From Hypanus sabinus (taxonomy: Eukaryota), in the NCBI RefSeq assembly GCF_030144855.1, contig NC_082718.1:48484001-48548000 (forward strand): a stretch of 64,000 nt of DNA. Direction: 5' to 3'. The notes under the pieces are model-generated. The model did no database searches. It was not told where the DNA came from and saw only the letters and a program-made list of their open reading frames with translations. Positions 25,650 to 38,041 of this stretch are shown here, in pieces (position 1 is the first letter of the stretch; every line of letters begins with the position of its first letter). The translations under genes were made by a program, and so were the position numbers.

Positions 25650-26775
25650 CTAGACTCGCCAACAATACTTTGCCTGCTCCATCCACCACAAGTGGAACTT
25701 CCCGGTGGTTAAACATTTTAATTCCAATTCCCTTCCCCATGCTGACACATTAGTCCATGGTCTCCTCTTGTGCCAAGATAAGGCCATTCTCAGGGTGGAG
25801 GAGCTACACTTTATATTCTGTCTAGGTAGCTTCCAACCTGATGGCATGAATATTGGTTTATTCTTCCAGAAAAAAAATTACCCCCTCCCCCTTCTCACTC
25901 TGACCTCTTCCCACTTGCCTATTCCTTCCCTTGTGTTGCCTCCTCCTTCCCTTTCTCCTATGATCTACACTCCTCTCCTATCAGATTCCTTCTTCTCCAG
26001 TCCTTGTCCTTTACCACCCACCAAGCTTCACCTATCACCTTCTAACAGGCCTCTTTCCCCTCCCCCCACTTTTTTATTCCTCTTCTTTCTCTATCCTGAG
26101 GCCGAGTCTTGGCCTGAACCATCTAAATTTAATTCCAGAGAGGCTACCCATCAAGCTGAGGGGTGGTAGTGGGGACAAGCTCATTATCTAAAAGTGCTCC
26201 TCATGGCGTGCACCTCAAATAGCCTCTGACAACCAAGTCCAACTCCCGGCCTTCTCGTGTGGCTTAGCCTCTAAGCCCAGCGAAACTGGTTCTACTGACA
26301 GGAGAAGGGGTGAACGCGGGTCCTGGTGCCTTAAAACCAGTGCTTCGGATAGATGGAGCTCATCAGCCTGGGAAGGAAGTCCATATAAGAGAGGGAAAAC
26401 TCTTATTTCAAACCTCCGCTGCCTTGCAGCCATACGCACTCATGGGAAAGGCTTCGGGAGTAAACCCTGAGGACAAATCCAGAGCTGCAGTCCCTAAGGC
26501 AGTCTGACGTTGTCTTCAACCCCACTATGGCAACTCCTGTGACATCACTGGTGGCAAGCTGTATCAGCCCTTGCCCTTCCCTTGGACAACATCGGTGGTG
26601 TGGAGAGGGGAGACTTGCTGCTTGGGCAACTGCCGGTCTTCCATACAACCCTGCCCAGGCGTGTGCCCTGGAGAGGCTGAAGCAAGACTTTCCAGGTGCA
26701 GATCCATGGTCTCGCGAGACTAATGGATGCCACCCACCTGACCAGCTGAGTTCCTCCAGCACTGTGTGTTTGCTA
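25650..26775 (+). mobile_element. Penelope-like element 3' part, tail split by an insertion of about 580 bp
   Basis: HFNSNSLPHADTLVHGLLLCQDKAILRVEELHFIFCLGSFQPDGMNI; hammerhead remnant 26093-26123; tail resumes at about 26737. Confidence 0.82.
26151..26730 (+). mobile_element. GC-rich non-autonomous retroposon, possibly derived from an RTE 5' UTR
   Basis: Sharp composition change; near-duplicated flanks GCTACCCA/GCCACCCA; several hairpins; family assignment is inference. Confidence 0.55.
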
Positions 26776-27020
26776 CCTTTTCCAATTGCCCAACCTCATT
26801 TCCCAGGAGGATGACCAGTATAGCATCCTCTCCAGTAGGTCCCTCTATATATTGATTAAGAAAGCTTTTTTGAACCCATTTATCTTGAACTAAGTTCTAG
26901 CCTACCTATAGCAATCGATCTCTTGAAAATATCTTTATTTTTAGAGAACCTTGTTGACTTTGCTACAATTATTGCTCCACTTATATACTTGTACTGTTAG
27001 TCTAACTGCAAATCACTTAC

Positions 27021-27126
27021 CTGGAAGATGATAACAAAGATCAAGCGAGCAGCCAGGATTGTCCAATACTGCTTGGAGTAGTCATATGCATGATCAGACC
27101 ATGGTGGCTCTCTGTAATCCTTATAC
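27021..27126 (-). CDS. ANO2: ANO2 exon (106 nt) (R)[35 protein letters not shown] (TM10)
   Basis: ctacag|G ... CAG|gtaagt; phase 2/0; absent from the ORF track. Confidence 0.96.
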
Positions 27127-27611
27127 CTGTAGCAATGTGTCAGCGTGGGAGAGAGTAAAGGTTCTACAATTAGTTAAACTAAATTGCAATATTATATAAG
27201 TAAGAAATAATATTTACGCAGTTATATATTCACAGAAAAAATGTTCTTTCAAAGAAAAACAAAAAATGTATAATTGTTGGTAGGATCAGATTCTGCAGTT
27301 TGAATCACTAAGAAAAACTGACAAATGGAGGTCAATTAGCATTACCATGTGCTGTCTCAATACTAAATACACAAGTGATGGGATCTCCATCTCTTTTAAA
27401 TGTTTTGCTGTGATTGCAGTCACTAGCAACTTGGATCGCAGATCACAGGCTCATCATTGATTGAAGAGCTATTTCTACAACTCAATTAATGTAAAATATT
27501 GCACAAAGCATTCCTTTTACCAGCTAAGTGAGAACTTCACATTGCTACACCAATTAAGAAAAAGAATATGGAGGGAGACACTAACCCTGAGTGAAAATTT
27601 AAAAAAATATT

Positions 27612-28050
27612 CAATTACTGGAAATCTGGAATTAAATGAGAAAATGGTGGAAAACTCAGTGGTTAGACAGCACCTTTACAAAGAGAATCAGTTAATGTTT
27701 TAGATCTGAGACCCTTCCTCAACTCTGAGAAAGAAGTTAGTCCTGTCTGTATAATCTGGTCTACTGGGGGGCACATCCCAGTAACCAAACAATGCAACAT
27801 TATACAGACTTTACAACATTGGCAACGTATTACACCAAATAACGTGTCTGCCCCTTAAAATCTACATCATTTCACCCTATCAGAAAACTTCCATATTCCA
27901 CTCACTGCCATCTCCACCGTCTGTAAAACATGAACTAACTTCTTTCCCAGTCCTGATGAGAGATCTTGGAACTGAAACACGAACCTTTTCCACTCTTTAT
28001 AGATGCTGAACATGCTCTGTATTTTGTAGACACTGTGAACTTTAGATTTG
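27612..28050. mobile_element. Old inverted Penelope-like structure (minus arm 27612-27740, plus arm about 27860-28050) with hammerhead motif at 27948-27985
   Basis: CAGTC-CTGATGA-GAGATCTTGGAACT-GAAAC; reverse-complementary arms. Confidence 0.62.
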
Positions 28051-28149
28051 GAGGTAGTACCATTGGGTGGGGACTGGGGTCAGACATCTTTGTACTTTTA
28101 GCATATCTCTAAATGTGAAAGCACAGTAGAGCTCTGAAGCTGTCCAGTG

Positions 28150-28582
28150 AAATTTATCATCACTGATGTGTGTCATGGAAGCTATTGTTTTGTAGCAGCA
28201 GTACAGTGCAAAACATAATCATTACTATAAATTACAAAAGTGCTCTACAACAAAATGCCAGGACAACCAAACTCAAAGTCAGTTACTTTCCCCAAGCAGT
28301 AAAACTGATCAACACCTCCACCCCCACCACCACTACTTTATCATTTCCTCTCAGTGTCTCCTTATTTACAGAAAGACACTTCTGTGCCTAGCGACACTTT
28401 ATGGGCATATGATCAATCTACATACGTATGTAATATCGTATGTATTTATATTTATTCTATTTTTTATTATTGCGTTCTTTATAGTATTGTATTTTTTCTG
28501 TACTGCATTGGATCAAGAGTAGCAATTATTTTGTTCTCCTTTACACTTGTGCACTGGAAATAACATTAAACAATCTTGAAAA
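28150..28582 (+). mobile_element. Rex/Babar-like 3' end
   Basis: ARTTKLKVSYFPQAVKLIN; ATTAAACAATCTTGAA tail. Confidence 0.7.
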
Positions 28583-29519
28583 TGAATAACTTGTGCAAAA
28601 GACAAATACCAGGGTGGTATTCCAGAGTCCAAGGATCAATCCGAAATCTGATGGCAAACAGGAAGAAACTGCTGTTAAAGTGTTGAGTGTGGGTGTTTGT
28701 GTTCCTGTAGCTGCTCCCTCTGGAGTAATAGCTTGGAAGCTTCAGAATAGCAATCAATTCTCTGCAGCAATCTCAAAAGGAATTTATGGTTCTGACTGAG
28801 AATTCAGAGTTTCCTGGAATAGTCCAGTACTACTGGATAAAGAGTTGACAAGCAAATCTGGCAATGAACACTTCAGTATCAAAGCTCTTTCCTTGAATGT
28901 CAAGGAAGGGCTTCCCTCAAGATTGTTGACAGTCTATTTAGCAAAAGAGATATAAGCTCACTTATGAATTTTGCTATTCTTTTGCTGAATGAATTGATGG
29001 CTTTAGCCATTACTCTAGCAGTGAACAAAAACTGAACTTCCTTGACCCACCTCAGAACAATAATCTGAAGACATGTAAGTGACCTGTTGTATCAAGTGGT
29101 GGCAAGATATCGGAATCAACCTTGATCAGAACCTGGTGGCTACATTTCATCAAGGTACCACTTGACCTTTTCTTAGCCTTATCGTCTTCCCGGCTCTTGG
29201 ATGGAGATGTGCAAAAGAGATCATCTCCATCATCTCCTGATCATTGAGTCAGCCACACATAGAAGCCAAACTGCTTCATCTCCACCTGTGGAAGGGCAGA
29301 ACTCAGCCATTGGGGCATGAGATAGGAACCGATAGTAAAGGTGGATAGAGGGCAGAGGACAGGTGTAACACCTTGTATCAGGTACCGACTTTGGTGTTCT
29401 CTGTTACCAGAGAGATGGTTATCGTCTTCAGGGGAACACACACATTCACAGTCCCCTTTACGTCGGCGGCACAGCCGTGGAGACTGCAAGCGGTTTCAAA
29501 TTCCTCAACCTCTCATGGT

Positions 29520-29945
29520 CCTAGAACCTATCCTACACAAGTCAAGAAAGCTCACCAGGAGAAGGCTGAAGAGAGTTGGACTTTGCATATCAGTAATCAT
29601 GTCATTCTACAGATGTGGAGTAGGGAGCATCCTTACAAACTGCATCACTGCTGGGTACAGAAACTGCAGTGCAGAGGACAGGAGTACTCCACAACTGATA
29701 ATCAAAACTGCCCAATGCATCACTGGCACCACTGTACCCACCATCAAGGACGTATATACAGAAAGGTGCCTGAAAGGGCCAGTAGGCAGAATCCTACATA
29801 CCCTGCTCATGGACTGTTTGTCTCACTCCCATCAAGGTGGAAGCTATGTAACATCTAATCAGGACCATGAGACTCGCAAACAGCGATTTTCCCCAGGCAG
29901 TAAGACTAATCAAACCACTAACCTCATCAGAAATTTACTATTTCC
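29520..29945 (+). mobile_element. Rex/Babar-like LINE C-terminal fragment
   Basis: SFYRCGVGSILTNCITAGYRNCS...IIKTAQCITG. Confidence 0.8.
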
Positions 29946-29949
29946 TGTC

Positions 29950-30248
29950 AGTATTCAATAGGTTTCAATGAGATCTCCCCTCATTCCTCTAAACTCTAGT
30001 GAATATAGGCCATGAATCAAATGTCATACATACATTAAGCCTTCCATGTCCAGAATCGTTCTAATGAATCTTCTCCAGACTCTCTCCAATGCCAGCACAT
30101 CCTTTCTTAGGTAGAGGCCCAAAAATGCCCAGAATACTCAAGTGTGATCTGACCAATGCCCTACAAAGCCTTGGGTTTTTTTTTGCTTTGCTTTGCTTCT
30201 TTGCTTCTAATGCTCTTGAAAGGAATGCTAACATTGCATTTGCTAACA
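29950..30248 (-). mobile_element. CR1 internal fragment
   Basis: ANAMLAFLSR...ALVRSHL; similar to 14200-14500. Confidence 0.75.
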
Positions 30249-30356
30249 CAGTATATTGGAAAGTTATATCTCAGCTTGAAGGTTAGAATAAGGCAGGCCT
30301 TTTCTGAGAAAGACAGTTATCAAGCATCAGCAACAGTTGAAAATATATTGAATTAC

Positions 30357-30535
30357 CTGCAGACTTTAATGTTGGTGAAATGTGATGATTGGGGATGTGT
30401 GCTCTGTTGAAATTCACTGATATTGAAGTATGACAAGGTATGATTCACAAAGCCATGCATACTGCCATCATCACTGTACATGTATTGGTAAGCAAGGCGT
30501 GGGATGAAGTCTGAGGTGATAGCGATTACAAATGC
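30357..30535 (-). CDS. ANO2: ANO2 exon (179 nt) [18 protein letters not shown]...[16 protein letters not shown]...IKVC(R)
   Basis: atccag|GCA ... GCAG|gtaatt; phase 0/2; NHT and NIS sequons in the extracellular loop. Confidence 0.96.
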
Positions 30536-32701
30536 CTGGATGATACACAAATAAAATATTTTAATGCCATAATTCAACAGATGCAAGATAATTCCAATGT
30601 TAAACTAAATAGGGTTACTGTCTTCTCTCAGTAACGGACATTGATATGTTGTACAATTATATGAAACAGGTATTCACTAACAGTTGCAGACAGAAAAATC
30701 CCTTTCAGTCCATTGGGTCAGCAAGGGCACATTCAAATTTGTCCCTCTCCCCTGCATGTTTCTCCATTTATTTATTCGATTGCATTACAAAGATCTATTA
30801 AATATACACATCCACTGTCCGCTCAAGCACTATTTTCCACTTCCTCTCTAAAAGACATATATTCTGTTATTGGTTCTTTAGTCAATGCTCTTAAGTCAGT
30901 GGTTATTGACATGTAAGTTATTGGAAGTAACTTGTCTGTATATACTCCATTTGCTCCTTCATAATTTTATGAATTACAGAGGCATAGAGTCATAACAGCA
31001 CAGAAGGTGAATACTTCATTGATTTTTATTCTTTACTCTAATAGTTAATTCATTTATCATGGTCCTACACTATTCCTTGGAGAACACCACTAATCACCAT
31101 TTTCCTCTCCAAAAAACTACTTGCTTTTTGTTCATAAGCCAACTTTTTTGTTTACCTAAGCCGACACCGATCATTCCTTTGCATTTTTCAAACTAATTTT
31201 TTTTGTGTGGTACTTCATTAACACACTTTTTCAAAATCTATATAGACATCATGATTGCATTCCCTTCTATCAATTCTCTCTTGCCTTCTTTGATTTAGAG
31301 ACAAGCCCAACTACTTTATGACTAATCCATCACTTCTGGGACTTCTAATAAACGTCCTCGTGCCATCTCCAAAGCCTTCATACCTTTTGCTAAAATGCCA
31401 TGCCCAAGAAGGATCAAACCAGTATTTGTCGTAAGTTTATATAACGTTCAACCATTTACTTGCTGTGTTTATATTACGTGGAATGATTGTTAATCATAGC
31501 TCATATATCATTACAAAACCTGAATATCAACAGTACACATCTGAAATTTTACATTTGAAAAGTTTGTTGCCAGGAAAGGCAATTGTCCACTCTTTTGTTT
31601 CTGTAAAATCCTTTCAATAGTCCAGAATTCTGGTGTGTGGATGCTGAATACTTTGGGAAGCCTGACCTAGGGCTTGATTATCTGAATAACTCAGGATTAG
31701 AGCCATTCTTTAGTTTCAAGCATGGTTCTCCCTCTGCCTTGAAGCATCAGATCACTAATAGGAAAAGGTGATATCACTAATAGGAAAACCTCCCCTCTAA
31801 TACAACATTAAGGGGAGGTTTTCCACTGTACAATCTGCCTGAGGACATCTCAATTAGTCCTGAAATGAGATCAAGATTGTTTCTTTTTCACTAAGGAAGT
31901 TTACATTGAGGTCTGCCAATTTGTTAATGTTACTTTCACAAGGGAATATTTTCATTAAGTCAACAAATCTAAAATTGGCTTCGGCACATCAGTTGAGAGA
32001 ATTCCTTAGAAATCAATGTTGGAAAATATAGCTTTCTGCACAATTTACTTGTGATTTTTGTTGATGGATACCACAACAGCATAAAAAACTATGAAGAAAG
32101 AAAGAAAATTAATGGACACATAACAGGTAAAGCCTGTGTTAAATTTGCTTCAAGTTAAACAAACACAGGAAGTTACTATTTGAACAGAGAGTCAACATTT
32201 CTAGAACTTTCAAATTAAACCTGCCATGTAAGCGTGACATCATTTGACTTTGAAGGAGGCTATTTGGCTCATCAGGTTCCATCAGTGAAACTTCCTGAGC
32301 CGCAAATTCATCTCTCCTTATTTCCCAGTACCTCTTCGACTTTTTCTATTTCATAATCAAATTTCCTTCGATTCTTTTACACTTACAGGAGTCAATTAAC
32401 CTACCAGCACATCCTTGCAGGAGGGAAATGAAGCAACTGGTGAAAGCCCATACAGTCCCAGAAAAAAAACTCCACGTGTACAGCACTCCGGGACAAGTTA
32501 AACCCAGGATTCAGGGTTTATTAGTAGCACCAATAAGAGCAGAATTTTCCATTCACAGATTAGATAAATGATAATTATTCTGATTTTACTCTACAAGTTG
32601 CTTAATAAAAAGACAATCTCTTCAATTATGGCTAAACCCTGTATAATATAAATGAAGATTCTATTTGTTTAGTGAAGTTAACAGGAAGTTTACTGACTTA
32701 C

Positions 32702-32754
32702 ATTGATGATAACTGAGAATTTCCCCAGTCCACTCAGAATGTTATACCAGATTC
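32702..32754 (-). CDS. ANO2: ANO2 exon (53 nt) (G)IWYNILSGLGKFSVIIN
   Basis: ctaatag|GA ... AAT|gtaagt; phase 1/0. Confidence 0.95.
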
Positions 32755-32868
32755 CTATTAGATAAAGAAGACACACTTATATAAAAACACAAGACCATCA
32801 GTGCAAGTCAAATTCACAGACATGATTTCCAATGAATTGCAAATGTATATTTTTTAGTGCAGACGTAC

Positions 32869-33021
32869 CTATGTCTTTTGCACGCTCTGCATTTGGCCTT
32901 CTTAGCTCAGTGACAAATTTTTTGGCATCCAGCCGTATTTCAATGATGTTGTTTAAAAGCGCAAACAATGGTGCCAAGGGAAAGGATGCGACAAAAAGCG
33001 TCACAAATCCAAACTGGACAA
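32869..33021 (-). CDS. ANO2: ANO2 exon (153 nt) (I)[50 protein letters not shown](G) (TM7-TM8)
   Basis: tttacag|TT ... ATAG|gtacgt; phase 1/1; anoctamin signature [18 protein letters not shown]. Confidence 0.97.
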
Positions 33022-33439
33022 CTGTAAAAAATAATGTTTATTAAAGCCTCTCAACGTACACAATTTCAGTTCTCTGTATCATTCAATTAAGTGTGGAGTA
33101 ACAAGAAAAAAACATTGATCTCTACACTACCAGCACACCACAATAATAGATACCATTTGTGAAATCTACACCATCAAGTTACACGGCTTGTCTGATAGTA
33201 TCTCCCAAATCTTTTATTCTTCCCCGTCTAAAAAGAGAACAGGTGCTTGGGATTGAAATCAACTGTGTTCTCCTCCAAGTCATCCATCATTATGACAAAG
33301 AGATTCACCAGCATTCCTCCAAGGTCACTGAGTCTACGTTGTGTAACCTACTGCTTAACAACTTTCAGACAGGCTGCAGTGATTCAACTTCCCACTAGGT
33401 TCTCAAGGACAGTTGGATTTGTAGAATAAAAATTCCCCC

Positions 33440-33827
33440 GAAAATTATGTCTACATATGCTTAGCCAGCCTCTTCTTAAAAGTATTGGCACTATTCACTT
33501 CATTCACTGCCTGTGGTGGTGGTTTCCATATTCTCAAGATTTTTTGAATAAAGAAGTTCCTTTAGAATTCCCTGTTGGATTCCGTAGTGACCATCTAACA
33601 TTGATGGCCTTTTGTTACGCTCTCATCTCATTGGCAAACATTTTCTCTCTATTCACTCTGTCAAAACGCATTCATTACTTCTTTGATCTCTATCTGGTCA
33701 TCCCTATGCCTTCTCTTAAGAAAATTATGTCTACATATGCTTAGCCAGCCTCTTCTTAAAAGTATTGGCACTATTCACTTCATTCACTGCCTGTGGTGGT
33801 GGTTTCCATATTCTCAAGATTTTTTGA
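33440..33827 (+). repeat. Exact 108-bp direct repeat (33440-33547 and 33720-33827)
   Basis: GAAAATTATGTCTACATATG...CTCAAGATTTTTTGA identical, offset 280 bp. Confidence 0.95.
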
Positions 33828-35218
33828 TATATTTGGTATCATCCTTATATATATCCACCTTTCGCTAACCCTGATATATTTGGTATCATCCTTATATAAC
33901 TTCTTTGCACCTTACCTAATGTTTCAATTTCCTCATATAAAACAGAAATCGACATTGTATGCAATAAACATAATCTAGCTTAACCATGGTTTACACAGAT
34001 TAAGGAAGACTTCCATTCTTTATAATTACATACATAAACCCTGCTGCCCAGTTAACCTTGGCAACCAGTGATAAAAACTGCCTGTAATTAGTGTATTGTA
34101 CTCCAATATCATTTGTTCCACTATCCCACAAACTCACATCTTCCAAATTATATATGGTCTCCCAATTTTTCCTCCTGAAGTGCAGCAGGATGCACTTTTC
34201 AGTGCTGAACTTGTTTTCCCACTATTCACCCATCCTGAGTATTCCCTCACATCCCAATTTGTTTTCATCCATAAATTCAGAAATTTAGAATGGGGTTTAT
34301 CCTCTTTTAGGTTTTAGATTTTTTTTTCCAGGAGAGGAGCATTGCTACCAATGTCAATATTTATTGTCCGATCTTCGTTGCCCCTAAAAATAATGGTGAC
34401 AAGGCAACTTCTCCAACCACTGCAATTGTTCTCATGGGAATTCCCTGGATTCTGTTGGGGTGGCAGTTCCAGGATTTACACTGGGCATTAACAATTTATT
34501 TCATAGTCAGGGTGGTGTCTAACTTGGTGAGAATAAGTAAGCCTTCAGAACTGAAGCTGGTGTGCTATTTGGATGTAAGATTGGCTTCTGGGATGGTGAG
34601 TCAGGAGGAAGGTTATTTTGCTGAAGATGGTTGTGAATGCTTCAGCTTTAGTTTCCACGTTCGTGAGGACCCCATCATTACAGAGACTGGGAAAGTTTTC
34701 AGAGATTTTTAATTGTCCCCTGCTTTTCACAATTAGACATAGCCGGGCAGCAAAGCTTTAATATGATGTTTATTGCATGTTCCCCACGCCCCCCCCCCCC
34801 ACCGTTTAGCATAAATCAACTCTTTGTGCTGCAGCTTCATCAGATTGGTAGTTTATTTTTATTTTACTTAATGCATACTGTTTCCCTCTTTTCAATTTGT
34901 TCATCACTCATCACACATTTTGTTTTGAATATCATGTTCACTCTTTGATTCCTCCTAGATAATACTGATATACAATTATAATTTATAATTTCTGCCATTT
35001 TCCTGCTGTTACTTGTATTATATTCTAATAAACCATTTAATGGCCTTCTCCAGATCCCCAATCTTCGTATTCTATTAATGCGCTACTAAAATAATTCAGT
35101 ATTATTTTTATGTCCACTGTTAATTTAACTTCACAGTTCCCCTTTGTCTTCTTAATAATTTCTTTTACTTCTTTGAATTATTTAAATTTCTTCTTAACAA
35201 ATACTCCCAAGCAGTCTA

Positions 35219-35723
35219 TACACACTTTTTAAGGTACACCTGCTTGTCATTGCAAATATCTAATCAGCTAAACATGTGGCAGCAACTCCATGCAAAAAGC
35301 ATGCAGATACAGTCAACAGGTTCAGTTGTTGTTCAGACTAAACATCAGAATGGGGAGGAAATATGATCTAAGTGATTTTGACCATGGAATGATTGCTGGT
35401 TTGAGTATCTTAGAAATAGCTGATCTCTTGGGCTTTTCATGCACAATAGTCTCTAGAGTTTTTCAGAGAAAGGCCATGAAAGCAAAAAAAATGCTCATAA
35501 AGCAATTATGTGGGTGAAAATGCTTCGTTACAAAAGAGATTAGAGGAGAATGGCCAAACTGGTTCAAGTTGACAGGAAGGCAACAGTAACTCAAATAACA
35601 ATGTATTACAACATTGGTGCGCAGAAGATGATCTCTGAATACACAATATGTTGAACCTTGAAATGGATGCAGATGAACAAACCAGGTTCTACTCCTCTAC
35701 TAACAAAGTGGCCACTGATTGTA
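35219..35723 (+). mobile_element. Tc1/mariner deletion derivative
   Basis: Transposase N-terminal HTH MGRKYDLSDFDHGMI..LSILEIADLLGFSCTIVSRV; right TIR AAAGTGGCCACTGATTG-TA; left TIR eroded. Confidence 0.82.
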
Positions 35724-36024
35724 TTGAATATATGCCTCTTTCCCTATCACTTTTGTTCCCTCATATATTCATTCATCTTGATTCGTTTTTATTTTAACAT
35801 TTTACTGGAATGTATTTTGCCTGTACCCTATTGAGCACCATTTTATGTTTTCCATTATTTTTCCACAGTATCATTTTCTCAATATTTTTGCTCACTTTAT
35901 CTTCTTAAATTCTATTTTAACACCTCAAAATCAGCTTTACTCCAATCCTTTAACCTGGCCTTCAATATGCTTATATCTTCCACTATTGTTATCTTCAAGT
36001 GTACCTTCTCCTTGCTGTTGCACC

Positions 36025-36971
36025 TCAAGAATACTGTTAGCTCGCTGCTCTACTCCTTCTACACCCATGACTGTGTGGCTAGGCACAACTCAGATGCCAA
36101 CTATAAATTTGCTGAATGACACAGCTGTAACTGGCTGAACCTCAGATGGTGATGATGAGGTGTACAGGAGTGAGGTAGATCAGCTGGTTGAGTGGTGCAC
36201 TCCCTGTCAGTAAGACAAAGGAATTGACTGTGGACATCAGGGAGGAGAAGTCAAGGAGACACACACCAGTCCTCATTAAGGGATCAGCAGTGGAAAGAGT
36301 GAGCAGTTTCAAGTTCATGGGTGTCAACATCTCTCTGGAGATCTGTCTTGGACCCAACCTATTGATGCGAGCAGAAAGAAGTCAAGACAGCAGCTATATT
36401 TCATTAGGAGTTTGAGGAGACTTGGTATATCACCAAAGATTCTTGCTAATTTCTACAAATTTACCATGGAGATTCCAACTGGTTGCATCACCATCTGGTA
36501 CAGAGGGGCCACTGCACAGGATTGGAAAAATCTGCAGTAAATTGTAAACTCACTCAGCTCCATCATGGGCATTTACCTCCGTAGCACTGGGGACATCTTC
36601 AAAAGGCAATGTCTCAAAAAGACAGCATCCGTCATTAAGGACCCCCATCACCCAGGGCATACCCTCTCCTCATTGCTACCATCAAGTAGAAGATACAGGA
36701 GACTGAGGGCATACAGTCAAAGTTTTAGGATCAGTTTCACCTCACTATTTTGTTTATTTTGTTCTCTTTTTCTTGCTCTCTTTTTGCACTACTTATTTAA
36801 CTTAATTAGATATATATATATATCTGTGTGTGTGTTTATATATATATATATTTCTTATTGTAATTTATAGTTTGTTATTGTTATGATGTATTGCAATTTA
36901 CTGCTGCCACAGAACAACACATATCATGAGAAATGCCAGGGATATTAAACCTGTTTCTGGTTCTGATTCTG
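36025..36971 (+). mobile_element. Rex/Babar-like LINE 3' part
   Basis: VSKTKELTVDIR...VERVSSFKFMGV; IKDPHHPGH; (TTCTGA)n tail. Confidence 0.88.
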
Positions 36972-37889
36972 CAACATTTGGGTCATTGTGCTTATCCCCC
37001 TATTTTTATTTCTTTTATTTTTTTCTGCTTTATTTTTTATTATTAGATTCAAGCAGAGATCTGACTCTGTTGCTTTTTTTTTTGTAAAAGGAGTAAATAA
37101 GAATCCTGTATATATTGTAGGAACTCGATTCTCTGATTGGCTTTATCCACCTCTTCTTGCCTATCAACAACAACAACAGCAATAGCACAGAATTATTACT
37201 TTACATTTTTAAAAAATAATGGATTTGTTTATTTATTCATAAGCCTTTAGATCATGTGTCCTCTTTGATTATCAGCGTCATCTATGAATGGATTCAAGAA
37301 TTGTCTTCCTTACAAGTTTCTCTGTTTCTACTACCTTATATTATCACCAAAGTATGCCTGTACTACACTTCTGAAATGTATAGCTCACATTTCTAATTTC
37401 TCTACACTTACGTCTCTGTAATCTTAAGTATGTCTGGGATTTGTGATTTCCTCCAGCTCCTCTGCTTTATTATGGATATTGTACATTTTGCTACACCCAC
37501 AATCTATTTCTTAATTCAAATCAAGTTATGGAACAGGAGACTAATAAGATGATGATTTTTCTTATTAGATGTCTATTCCATAACATGTTTTACACCCTTG
37601 CTATCAATGGCTTTCCAAACTTTACACTGTAGTTGCTCTATTTCACTGAATTCAGTGGGAAAAAAATCACTCCTTCTCATTGTATACTGTCATACAAAAT
37701 TAAAGAAACCCCATCTTATCATGCAAAAAGCCTGAACAAGCTGTGAGTTTTTTTTATCTACTAATTAAATTTGTCTTATTCTGCAATGTTTCGTTCATCT
37801 CATGAGACAAACTTTCCAACCATATTTCGAAACTGGTAAATCCATTTGAAAGTATATAAGCAAGATTCACAATCAATAAAAAAACTCAC

Positions 37890-38041
37890 TCATCTCCATA
37901 TACTCTGGCGTCAGGCCAGTAAAATGCTCCAAATTATAATCCAGATCCCATTGCTGTGGTTCTCTAATAGCACCTGGGCTACTCGATATGTTGGTTTCAG
38001 TCCTTTCATCCTTTAGTTTCCTGAACAATTTTTTCATCCTC
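37890..38041 (-). CDS. ANO2: ANO2 exon (152 nt) [50 protein letters not shown]
   Basis: cccacag|G ... ATGA|gtgagt; phase 2/1; EYMEM Ca2+-binding motif. Confidence 0.96.

Larger units (their letters stand above)
23905..25650 (-). mobile_element. Degenerate CR1 LINE ORF2 region, interrupted by an N gap and a Penelope-like fragment
   Basis: PVSTSVPQG, Y.DL.KAFDK and DKSLGPD-like motifs on the minus strand. Confidence 0.75.

Noticed and set aside
29341-29961. 206-aa ORF
   Set aside because: Chimera of intronic sequence and a Rex/Babar-like fragment
37165-37182. Poly-Q-encoding (CAA)n
   Set aside because: Short intronic microsatellite in a spurious ORF
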